Origin: Hydrurus foetidus
Taxonomy: Eukaryota
DNA: 34,283 nucleotides
NCBI GenBank assembly: GCA_900617105.1
Contig: UYFQ01000730.1
Span: 1-34,283, forward strand
Reading direction: 5' to 3'
Program-made: the position numbers and the translations under genes
Notes under the pieces: model-generated
What the model saw: only the letters and a program-made list of their open reading frames with translations
What the model was told of the DNA's origin: nothing
Databases searched by the model: none
Shown: one piece after another, positions 1-10,800 of the stretch
How positions within the stretch are numbered: the first letter of the stretch is position 1
How the letters are laid out: each line of letters starts with the position of its first letter

Positions 1-1870
1 ACTCGCTTGCAAACGGCGTGCATCGATGCTTCTCTGAACTTCGCGTTTCGAGAATTTGGCTTCGTTGGCTTCCGTTGTGGCAAGTTTTGTAGAGTATAAT
101 ATGTTCATAGATGATGTTTCTATCACCACGGAGTGAGCATATGCAGTTCTGCGCTCTGCGGCGTCAGAATATCTCGGCTCTGGAGGCGTTGCCAAATCGT
201 TGACATATAGCCCTCCACGATGTTGAAATTTGTAGGTATTCTGATCAGTATGAAGCAAAAATGCATCTTGATCTATTGTAGAACCCTGGCGAAACTCCCA
301 GTTGTGTCCTTGCAGCAGACAATCCGATGCCGAGATGATGGAGAGTCCAGCACGTGGGTCGAAGTGAACGATGCCAATGTCGCGAAGGTTTGCTGTTTTA
401 GTTACAGTGAGAGAACCATGCAAGCCATTGAATACAGTTGGAGTGCATGTCACAATGTTACTCAGCACATCTGCACATGTGATGATGGTGCCTGTAGCTC
501 CTGTGTCGAAGATGGCCTCCGATGTACTTCGTTGATTGATGTTACGGTTGGCGGAAAAATCGGTCCGAGGACCGAGGGTTGCGAGTTTCACCGGTGAGGT
601 GGTGTAGCACACACTACAGTTCCTTTCGCCATATTGATTCTTGTCATCCTCTTGATCCCACATTTGGCCAAAATCAGTGTAGACATCATCTGAAGCACTG
701 GAGTCAACTCCGTCAGTTTGTCTCCTGGCCAAATATGATATTTGTGGGGCTGAAGGGGGCTCTCCAGCGGCCTTCTTTCTGCACTCACTAGCACGATGCC
801 CAGCCTTTCCACAGTGGTAACACGTTCCACTGAATTTACCCTCCTTCACATCTTTAGCAAACGTGACTTTAGGTTCCTTGATTTTCGCTGGGTTAATTTT
901 CTTGGCTTTTTCTTTGACGGGTGATTTCTCTCCCTTTGGGGACCCACCCGGTTTGACGGGGTTCTTCGCTGCAAGTGCCGTATGGGGGTCACTATCGCTG
1001 ATTGCAATGCGCTACCCTTTGTCCCACGATGGAATCTAGTTGCTCCATTAATTGCCTCCACCAGAGTCTTCGGATAGATGTCAATTGCGGTGCACTCCAG
1101 GGAATTACTGAGGTAGTTTTTGTAGTCGTGGTAGACCTGCACGGTACTACTCAGACCATCAATGAACCTCATAGATTGTTGTTTTGCATCTGGAATTTGT
1201 GCTGCTGGAACTCCTGTTGCAGCGAGTCGATCAAAAGCTTCACCGCACGACGTCCGTACGTTACGATGTCTTCGCCCGTACTCATGGTGAGTGTATACCA
1301 ATCCCGTAGGGCCTGGGACCGCTCTAATTCCTGATTCCCATCACATCTTGATGTGACTACTGACTTGATTACATCAAGTAGTCCAAGTGGGTCGTCAAAT
1401 TTGACAGCGATGAAGTTTGCCTCCACTACCAGAATTGCATTGAGTGATGGTGAACACATCGATCGAATCAGTCGATAAGCTGATCTACGGTCCTCCATTT
1501 GCTTTCTCCTCATCTTTGTCACGACCGCTCTGTCGTTATTCAGGTCTGCCATTATTAACTTGGCTCGAAATCCTTTTGGATCAGTGATTTCGTCCAACGC
1601 CTCCAATGCAGTGAAGTCTGGTTCCGAAAATAGGTACACCTCGTAGGCCGGTTTTAGGGTCAGCATCATAGGGTCGGGACAGATCGACTCGAGATCCTGA
1701 AAGTTGACTCTCATGTACTCTTTCAGTCTCTGAATGTTATCGTCCCATTCTTTCCACCCGTTGTGAGTGATCTCAGGGAGACTCTCTGGCCTCACACCAT
1801 CTCCAGGCGTGGTTTTTTCGGCCTTCTCAGATTTGGATTGGGCAGCGCCCTTCTCGCCTTGCTTGCTCAT
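1..1870 (-). pseudogene. copia gag-pol polyprotein broken by two single-base frameshifts (~1238 and ~1010)
   Basis: ORF 1870..1169 (MSKQ...YGRRAVK) continues in the frame of ORF 1301..846 (AFDRLAATG...YPKTLVEAINGATRF), then in a third frame that is stop-free from 1011 through the zinc knuckle and DTGAT protease toward the window edge. The ORF track omits this frame because it has no stop inside the window. Confidence 0.85.
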
Positions 1871-1947
1871 TCTGAGCAGCTCACGACTTCTAATTATCTT
1901 GGAATAAGTCTGCCTTTTGGATCCTGGATCCAGTCAGAGCACCTGGT

Positions 1948-2287
1948 TGATAGCAGTGGTTCGTTCAGAACACACTTTGCTTTCAGCTAGTCGACCAAGT
2001 CGTTCCAACAGCTCACTCAAGTGTAGGTATAATGGCTCACAGCCATATAGTCTCTTTTAATTAGAAGTGCTCATCACGTCAAAACAAAGCAGTTCATGGC
2101 TAGCTATACTAGCTATAGTTGACTGTTCACAGTCATCATCAGTTGCAACTTCCAGTACAGTTCGAGTGATGGTCTTGAGTCTGAAAACGCTACCCTCGCT
2201 CCTCCGCTTGGGCTTAGATGATATTACCCCAAAGGGATTTCCCCCAAGGGGATCGTCCCCGTAGGGATAGCTATGCTATATCCAACA
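1948..2287 (-). repeat. Putative 5' LTR (~340 bp) of the copia element
   Basis: On the minus strand begins TGTTGGA and ends ...CTATCA (1948), or ...CAACCA (1944), ~75 nt upstream of the gag ATG. The second LTR is outside the window, so the boundaries are unconfirmed. Confidence 0.6.
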
Positions 2288-2533
2288 CGATTCGACTTTC
2301 GAAAAGTTGAATTTTTCACGAAAATAGTTTGGGGTTCGATTTACCGAACGGTTTCAAAAAAACTGGGGGGTCCAAAACTCGGACAACGGACAATCTTCAA
2401 AAATGGGGGGACTAACAGTCGGACAACAGACACACCACCAAATTACCGTTTAATCGCAGATCCAGAGACGTGGATTGCACGTTGGATAGCACGATAGCAC
2501 ACCTTGTGTTACAGTATCGTCCATATTCTCACA

Positions 2534-3691
2534 ATGGAAGAAGATGATGGTCTTCACGCGATAATAGTTGTCGCTGCTGTAGTCGGTGCGCTGCAAAATG
2601 TCGCGCGAAATCCTGTGCTGCAACACACCTCTGTTTTGACCGGTCAGCTGTACTTTGCTGAAGTTATGGAGACATACAATGTACACAGATTTCACGAGGT
2701 TGCAAGAATGGATCGTGCAACGTTTATCAAATTGAGAGTAATGCTGATGGATGCTGGTGGTCTCGTGGACTTTTTGTATATTTGTGCAGGTCAAAAAATC
2801 ATGGTTTTAGTGCAAGTTCTTAGAGGTTATACAAATCGTCAAATCAAGGAAAGGTGGCAACATAGTGGATCTACAATTTCAAAGATTATTCACGAAGCCA
2901 GTGATGCGCTGATTCGTTGCAGTAGTATTGTATTCCAGCCAGCAATCGTAGGTGCACCAGTACCCTCTCAAATAGCCACTTCAGCGAAGTTTACCCCATT
3001 TTTCGACGATTGTATTGGAGCTCTGGACGGCACACACATTCCTGCTCTTGTTCCAATCGAAGATCAAGAGGCACACCGGAATAGGAAAAAATTCATATCG
3101 CAGAATGTACTGGGAGTGGCTAATTTTGACTTTACTTTTGCCTACGGTTTATTCGGTTGGGAGGGCTCCGCTCACGACAGTCGTGTTTTTGATGATTCAA
3201 AAGATAGGGGATTACCGCTATTACCTGGTAAGTACTACTTGGGTGATGCCGGTTACGGTTTGAGCGAGCATGTTTTGACCCCATATCGAGGTGTTAGATA
3301 CCACCTGAAAGAGTTCGATGTTGATGGACCTCAAAATGCTAAAGAATTATTCAATCTTCGGCATTCATCACTAAGAAATGTTATTGAAAGAATGTACGGA
3401 GTTTTGAAGAGAAGATTTCCAATTTTAGTTAAAATGAGCCCGTACTTATATGAATTTCAATGTGATATTGTGCATTGTACTTTCCTATTGCACAACTTTA
3501 TCCGTCTCAATCAGCTGTACGAGGACGACTTCTACCTGGAAGCAGCAGTAGTAAATAATATTCAAGCTGATAATCAAGCTGATGAAGAAAACAATGCGAA
3601 TTACAACGCTTTAAAGCAGTGGCGTAATGGTATTGCAGCTAGCCTTTGGGAAAATTATTTGGTTGTTATGGCTCAGCAAAATATTCTATAA
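2534..3691 (+). CDS. PIF/Harbinger DDE transposase (DDE_Tnp_4 / HARBI1-like), intact single exon, ~385 aa
   Basis: Motifs CIGALDGTHI, GWEGSAHDSRV, YYLGDAGY, LTPYRGVRYHLKE and ELFNLRHSSLRNVIERMYGVLKRRF; N-terminal HTH-like region ERWQHSGSTISKII. First ATG is at 2534 within ORF 2504..3691. Confidence 0.95.
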   Translation: MEEDDGLHAIIVVAAVVGALQNVARNPVLQHTSVLTGQLYFAEVMETYNVHRFHEVARMDRATFIKLRVMLMDAGGLVDFLYICAGQKIMVLVQVLRGYTNRQIKERWQHSGSTISKIIHEASDALIRCSSIVFQPAIVGAPVPSQIATSAKFTPFFDDCIGALDGTHIPALVPIEDQEAHRNRKKFISQNVLGVANFDFTFAYGLFGWEGSAHDSRVFDDSKDRGLPLLPGKYYLGDAGYGLSEHVLTPYRGVRYHLKEFDVDGPQNAKELFNLRHSSLRNVIERMYGVLKRRFPILVKMSPYLYEFQCDIVHCTFLLHNFIRLNQLYEDDFYLEAAVVNNIQADNQADEENNANYNALKQWRNGIAASLWENYLVVMAQQNIL

Positions 3692-3946
3692 TTAAAAAAA
3701 TGAATTTATATCTATCATTTACTTAGTTATTGTGCTGCTTAAGTATCGAATATCATCTAGTATATACTGGGCAAGAACTAATTTAGATGGTAAACGGCGA
3801 AACGTACTCGTACGGTAGCAAAACGTACTCGTACGGTACCTAACCGTACGAAAATTGAAAATTTCAAAATTTTAGTGAAGATTCGATCAATAGTTAGTAA
3901 ATTACAAGGGGGTCGTGTCGAGAAGATTCAAAACACGAATTGGCAA

Positions 3947-4973
3947 TTACAAATCAAGCTTGGCGACGATGAAGGCAGCTCTTTGCTCCTCGTCGAAGGA
4001 ATTGAATTGATTTACTAGAGAATCGTTCTCGGAAAGCAGGCAAATGAAGCTCATAACCTGAGCCGATGTCAAGGTTGAGGCGTGCTCCGCCTTGAAGAGG
4101 ACGACGGCTGATGCGAAAGGCGTCGTCCTCTCAGAGGATTTCTTCTGTTGCGATATTACTTCCTGCAGGAGCGACGCGAAGACGTCCGCAGGCTTCTCCT
4201 TCAGGGTCTTGGGAGTCCTCACGTAAGGCCTTACTAATCGCCCACCGCCACGGCTTTTAACCACGGGCGATTTGAAATTTTCTTTCGCCTTCGAACTTTG
4301 CAGGACTTCTATTTCGGCGCAGTCGACGACATCGCAGCATTCATCGACTGCGGGCGAATCAAGATCTGTGGACTCAGAGGCATCCAAAGAGAGGTCTACG
4401 CTAGGATACTCCCAAGAATCCACGGCTGTGGCTTCCGGAGCTTTGGCTAGCGGAGCTGCTGAAGACTTGGCAAAATTTCCCGTAGCGGTGTCAACTAAAA
4501 TTTTAAGTTTAATGCTTTTAGAATTGTTTTGAGTAATTTTAATAACTTTCTCCTCTCAGCAAAACATAGCTTCACTTACGAGAAAAGAGAATGCAAAGCT
4601 CGCTATAAAAAGGTAGCGGAGCGCTTGAAAATTGGGCCGCCTTTGGGTGTGCCTGAAAATAAGTGTTCAGCGCCTCAGGGGCGGCTGTCACCATGCCCTT
4701 GGGATCCATACCAAATCCACTATTGTTTGCAAATTGATCGAAGATTGTCCAGTTCTTTTTCAGCGACTGAACCTGCGTGGCGAGGACTTGCTTGTCATAG
4801 GATAATCCTGTTTTGACATTAAAATCTGCGACCACTAATTTCCAGGCTGATTTTTTTTTCAGACTGGAATACCTACCGCCGGAGTGCTCTGCAAGGCAGT
4901 CAATGAGCACCTTGCGGTTTACATCGAGCCACTTAACGGAGCCCTCAACTTTTATGTGAACTCTAGTTGTCAT
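3947..4973 (-). CDS. Harbinger Myb/SANT-like DNA-binding protein, two exons (4973-4580, 4494-3947)
   Basis: Exon 1 reads KW..NRKVLIDCL...LKKKSAWKLVVADFN...YDKQVLATQVQSLKKNW...SGFGMD...HPKAAQF..PLPFYSELCILF. An 85-nt GTAAGT...TTTTAG intron (4579-4495) joins in frame to DTATGNFA... and ORF 4423..3947. Confidence 0.88.
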
Positions 4974-5190
4974 CGCAAAAAATGTGCTCACGGACAACTG
5001 CTGGAAAAAAGTTCTGTCGTGGAAACTTGCAGTAATCGCACTTCATGAAATACACGAATCAGCTGCACCACAACTTTGTGTGATTTCTCACGCCTAAACT
5101 TTTTTAACGAACAACTTTTTAGGAAAAAAACTGAAGGCTCCGAAAACTACAGATTTTTGTGAAAACTACAAGTTTTTGGTGAAAATTTTG

Positions 5191-5207
5191 TTTACCGAAC
5201 GCACCCC
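5191..5207. repeat. Right terminal inverted repeat of the Harbinger element
   Basis: TTTACCGAACGCACCCC (reverse complement GGGGTGCGTTCGGTAAA), preceded by repeated GAAAACTACA sub-terminal motifs (5142, 5161). Confidence 0.7.
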
Positions 5208-5450
5208 TAGTCTACACATCATATCCCAACACACACGTTTGTCTTTTTCACGTGTCTTTTTCACGATTTTGGACGAATCAGGAACACTCTATTGTGTCCG
5301 TGCCATGAATTACGATAATACTTCGATCTCCAACACACATCATTGATTGACGACACATGGATCAAGGAAGGACTATAAATACCACCGCATAGTAACACCA
5401 TTTTACTTGGTGATGCCGAAGTTTAGACGGCTCATCTTCCTATTTTCCGG

Positions 5451-6915
5451 ATGACGATTGTGCGGCTTGATGGACGCGAAGATTTCGAATTTACCATCGG
5501 CAGGACTGCAGGAGCTGTCTTGAATACAACCTGCTCTACAACCCTCCTTCAAGGCGGCGCTTTAAAACAGGGTCGGTTGACATTCACTGACGATGAAATC
5601 CTCTCGACTGGAGAGTTCACTTTTTTGGGGGGCATCTCAGCTAGTGAGTAGTTCCCTCTATTTTTCCCGATGCCGCTGCATTTTTCTTACATCGTAATGA
5701 CTGCGATCCATCAATGAATTATTTGCTGGCTCAAGCACTTCACCTGCTGTGCGTTGAATCGAATGTCTTCATGTATCCGTTTAATTATTCCAATTATCAA
5801 TCAATTTTATTTTGCGTTGAATCTGAAATAAAATTCATAATGATGTATGTGTATGCCTGCCCATTGTTCTGTATTTGCTTAGCCACCATTCTCATAATCA
5901 TTATCCCATTCTCATTTATCTTTCAAACTTACAGCGCCAGCAGCCTAAGTTACGAGCTCTTTCACAGGTAAATCCCCTTCACCCTTCCATCTCACTCTCC
6001 TTCCTATAATTATGTTGGTGTTTGATTCGCTCCTAATACGCTGATCTACACTGCTATTAGGTCCTACGGTTGCAGATATTCTCGCTGGCCAGAACCCCAT
6101 AAGTCATCCTAATGTCCATGTCATTCGTCGCATGATGCGATATTATGCGGCCGCAGTTACTAATGCATTAATTGCTCAAGATGCGGAACTCTTAAAGGTT
6201 TTATATGAAGAGGCAGAGTTGTTACCCTACACCCAGACCACAAAAGAGGGGCACCGGCTACGTTATAGAGGGGCTTCTCATAAACGAGTATGATTCGTTG
6301 AACGTTTGTTTCGGAGATGTTGTCCCACATGTATTGAAAATGCTGACTCCCTCCGAGTATAATCGCATGAAAGCATGGAAGGAAGCGGCAAGCGTGACGA
6401 GGGAGTCGTGTCGATGTATCGTTTGGTTTGATGCGGTCGTAAACAAAAAACATTTTATCTTCATGCCGATGTATCCGATAACTCTCGAGTCGCTTCCAGT
6501 AATGGACACTAAGGTCTAGCATCGATTCTACCTTCAAATGCACTGTGCTGTTTTCACGGATTGGGCTTCGCGCACATGGACTTCGAACCAGACAATATTC
6601 TAATCACCAGTGACGGCGACTTCATCCTCGCGGATTTAGGAAGCGTAATTCCCATGGGCCAAAGGAGCGAGCACTCAAGCATACATTCCCCGCGAAATGT
6701 GGGATCAAGGGAAATCTAGTCCAATTGCAAGTGTAACCGTTGATTGGTGGATGGTGGCGGTCACTGTGTGCGAAAAGGCCTGCGGGTATAAAGCCAGTTC
6801 TGGACCTGGAAGTGCCAAGAAGGATGATATCAAGACCATGTTGAAGGAGCTGGGTGACGTTGAGGAGAACAAGGAATGGGTCCGCCAGTTGCTCGGATAT
6901 CTGCAGAATAATTGA
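5451..6915 (+). pseudogene. Fragmented Ser/Thr protein-kinase-like gene with a small N-terminal domain
   Basis: Kinase motifs in successive frames: HVLKML, FIFMPMYPITLE, FHGLGFAHMDFEPDNILI (HMD at 6573), FILADLGS (DLG at 6633), TQAYIPREM, VDWWMVAVT. Broken by a stop at 6517 and frameshifts near 6240, 6530 and 6670. Upstream exon 5451-5643 (donor GTGAGT at 5644) and acceptor at 6060. Confidence 0.8.
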
Positions 6916-7883
6916 TGGTCGTAGTGATTTATGATGAGATGACGATCGTTATAGACAATCCCACTTGGTACACTGTTGCTGCTGACAGGAATCTGGGAAA
7001 AAAATATCATTTTTATCATCATTTCATTTTTTTATACTTTGTTAAATAGCACTATAATCAAATGCATGCCAGTTTTGGGAGATGAAATTATTATTTGGAA
7101 ACTGTAAAAAACTCCAAACAAAACGATTTCTTTTTGTAAATTCTGTGAAGGGTGTGTCATTATAATAGTGTCCGTGCGTCATTATAATATAGTACTCACG
7201 ATTCTATTATTTTTACATGTTCCACCCAAACAAAGATATTTTATTATCATTATTATCATTATTATCATTATTATTGAATAATATTGTCATTATCATTATT
7301 GTCATTATCATTCTTGATGTCGTGTATATGTAGAGTGGCAGTAGTAACAATAATTAATGATATTTTTGAATAAAAAAGCTGTGCGACTGAGCTTTATGAA
7401 ATGAATGACAAATAGTCAGAATCATGACCAATCGGAAAGATCAATTGTACGAACGTCAGAAATATTATAAAGGAAAATAAACAAGTCAACAAATATCTAA
7501 ATACTAAATACAGAAATAATTGCCACTTTTTACGAATTTTGCTCCGTCCTGATATATTTGAAGTTACCGTGCAGTAATTAATAAAAACAAAATATAGTGC
7601 AGTATGATATTGAAAATACACTAAGGTGTGCTGTAGGTCAGTACGTGTATAGTGCTGCATAGTGTAGTCCAGTGCAGTACAGTGCAGTGCAGCATTACAA
7701 GTTAGCACAAGGTATCACAACTGCGAGACGCCTCTGTACAATCAATTTTAATATTAATTTTGACATTAATTTTACTTTTACTTTTGCTTCTACTCAGCAC
7801 TCCCAATATTTCGTTTTTTCTGTGAATTTACATTCCCACTTTTTCATTTTCATTTTCATGTTTACTGCTCACTTCACTTCACT

Positions 7884-10800
7884 TCACAGATTCATGAAAG
7901 ACACAGCAGAATTGTATCTGTCCACTTCGCGGGCTTGGCGGTCAACTGTCATCTACATTACACAAAGAAAGAGGATAAAATATAGCCGGAAATAGATCGA
8001 ATATTACGAGGGAAAAACGATTGAAATTCTACTTGTAGATAAACTAACTGACTCGGACATTTAACTGAACAAGTCAATGAGTAGATGCAGATGGATGAAA
8101 GGAGATGGTTGGATGTTCTACTGTATGGACATTGAGATTGATACATAGAGGTGATAGATAAAACTAATCACGAAGTCGTCATGCGACAGTACGTATCATA
8201 GAGGGGTACGGAGATAAAAGAGGGCAAGAGGACACTGCTGCACTAGGGCGTACACGTATTCTTTTCACTTTTTACCATTCTACACACACACAAGCAAGAC
8301 AATAACTCGCACGTGCACGTGTACGTGTGCGTGTAAGTGCATTTGTACGTGTACGTGTGCGTGTACGTGCATGTGTACGTGCATGTGTACGTGTGCGTGT
8401 GCGTGTACGTGTGCGTGCATGTGTATGTACGAATGTATTCAGAGCATCTCCGTTGAAATCAAGACGGTCAATCAAGACAATTGCGTTATCACACAAAGTC
8501 CCGTAGCGCATTATGCAGAAGAGTTACGCACATACGGTAATGTGCATGTACGGTTCTGTATGAACGGTAAGTACGTGCATACGTGCGTACGTACTTTGAG
8601 GTGGGAGTCTTCTAGTGCAGGACATGATCCCTTGAGGGGAAGTGCAAACGAAGAATCTGATAGATGCATGCGAGAGTGATGATAACGACCATCCGATGAT
8701 GATGATTTAATGATGATGATGATGATGATGATGAGCCGATGATGATTAATGTAGCCGAGTGAGTGAGTGATGAGTGAGTGAGTGAGTGGTGAGATGAGTG
8801 GAGGAGTGAGTGAGTGAGTGAGTGAGGATGAGTGAGTGAGGATGTGAGATGATGAGAGGGATGAGTGAAGTGAGTGAGGAGGATGAGGGATGATGCTGAG
8901 TGAGTACATTTATTTATGATTGATGTTTATTGATGATGATGATTTATTGTCGATATGATGAGATGGAGTGAGGAGTGAGGAGGAGTGAGTGGAAAGTGAG
9001 TGAGTGGAGGAGGAGTGAAAGTGAGTGAGAGAGGGAGTGTATTACAGGGTACTACAGGAGCAGGAGGAGGAGGAGGAGGAAGGATTCTCTGGGAAGGAGG
9101 AAGCAAGGGACTTTTTTGGAAGGAGCTGGATGAACTGCCCTTCAGCTCTCTCCTCCTTTCACCTTCTCCTCCCCTCTTCTGTCTGATTTTTTCTCCCCAC
9201 CATCTTCTTCCATCTCATTCCCCTTTTCCTTTTCTTCTTCATTATTGGTATGAATGTCTACATGTCTTCTATTTAATGTACCGTCATCATTTTCATGACC
9301 TTTTTTCACTTTTCTTTTTTTCTTCTCCATATTTTTTTTTGCTGTATTTATTGGCAACTCCTTATTTGTTCCAATTGCACCACATGTATTCTTTTTGAAA
9401 TCGTGAGGAATGTCGCAGTCGCGTCTGTTGTTGGTATTAGTGCCATTTTTAGTGTCGTTATTAACATTGACAGTATTATTATCATGAACAATATCTTTGA
9501 TATAATCCATATTAGATGCATTTTCATCATTGGTGTCATCACGGTCATCATAACTGCTGCTGGGTGATTTTCGTTTGCTGTCCTTGAAACCGTGTAAGGA
9601 ATTGTAAGTACGAGTGTGCGTGCTGACATTGTCGTCTATGTGTGTGTGTTGATTTTCACCCATAACTGAATTGATAGACAGTCGCGAGGCATTCAGAGGG
9701 GTTTGACGAGAAGAAAAAGATGAGGGAGAGGTAGGGGAGGAGGAAGAAGAGGAGGAGGAGGAAGAGGAAGAAGAAGAGGAGGAGGACGAGGAAGAAGAAG
9801 AGGAGGAGGACGAGGAACAAGAGGAAAAAGAGGAAGAAGAAAAAGAAGATGATGAAGATGAAGAGGAGGAGGTAGTATGATGTGGCCGTATAGATTTACT
9901 CACTGAGGAGGGGAAGAAGGAATTCACAAACTCCCCCATCAATCTCCGAGTCAAATTGTCCCCAATAGAATCATCACGAAAATTACTTCTACTAACATTA
10001 CCAATTTTATTTTTTCCATCCAAAATATTTATTAAGTTGGAAATGGGATGTAGAATCAGAGGGCCACGATACCTTTCAAAAACGTATTCAGGCACTTGCA
10101 CATGATTAACACTCAGTCTGACACAATTTCCACTCTTCAGATATAACTTCCATAATTTTTCTTTTTTTACTTCAAACTCATCTTGATTTTTATTTTCTCT
10201 ATTCTTTTCTTTTTCTTTCATTTTTGCACTATTTCTCGTTGTTTTTCCTTCAATGTTTTTTGCATCAAAATAAGTGGTAGAAGAGCAAATATCAATCTTT
10301 CCCGTGTGAAATGAATTCTCCACACTTTTCACAAAATTTTCAATTTTGCTGTTTTTTATGGTGTTGGGAGAATTGAAAAATATTGGTGCTGTTCCAGCTT
10401 TTTGCTGGCGAATAAGATAATCCTCAAGATGGCGATAAGATTCTAATTCCTTTTGTTTCCGATGTACTCGATTTCTACGAACATCTATAGTAATTGTAAG
10501 GAGTAGTAATTGAATCAGAAATTGTGATACTAAATGTAATTCGTGATCATAATAGAAAAATGAACATCAAATAATAATTGTAATTGTAATTGTACAAGCA
10601 GTAGTAATAGAAATTATAAATTAAAATTAATGATTTTACAGCTCAAACAAGAACAAACAAAAAAAAGAGAAATCGTTTATTACATAGTATAATCGTTATT
10701 GTTGAATCAAAATTAGAATTCCGTTATTATAGATTTCTTCGTATTATTTCATCAACTTATACCGATCCTTAGGATCCGAATCGGAGATCCAATTCTTAGT

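Larger units (their letters stand above)
1..2287 (-). mobile_element. Ty1/copia LTR retrotransposon, 5' portion (LTR, gag, protease, start of pre-integrase region); continues beyond the left edge
   Basis: Minus strand starts TGTTGGA at 2287 (typical copia LTR start), then gag-like ORF from 1870, zinc knuckle CYHCGKAGHRASEC (822-781), aspartic protease motif AIFDTGAT (D codon 507-505), followed directly by ...FQHRGGLYV...FSKREVQRSIDARRLQAS with no RT motif after the protease (copia domain order). Confidence 0.9.
2288..5207 (+). mobile_element. PIF/Harbinger DNA transposon (transposase plus Myb/SANT gene); left TIR missing from the window
   Basis: Two convergent genes typical of Harbinger. Right end ...TTTACCGAACGCACCCC (5191-5207) followed by TAG resembles PIF-type GGG...GTTCGG TIRs with a 3-bp TSD. 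Left side has sub-terminal motifs (TTTTCACGAAAAT ~2312, TTTACCGAACG 2340) but no TIR. Confidence 0.85.

Noticed and set aside
220..597. Plus-strand ORFs 220..597, 579..791 and 1002..1334 as genes
   Set aside because: They are antisense shadows of the copia gag-protease frame, which carries the real motifs.
2004..2010. Alternative copia LTR start at the second TCCAACA
   Set aside because: It would give an LTR of only ~60 bp; the 2287 boundary coincides with the switch to Harbinger sub-terminal sequence.
3801..3850. Direct repeat AACGTACTCGTACGGTA x2 between the convergent Harbinger genes
   Set aside because: Short local duplication in the shared 3' region with no supportable function.
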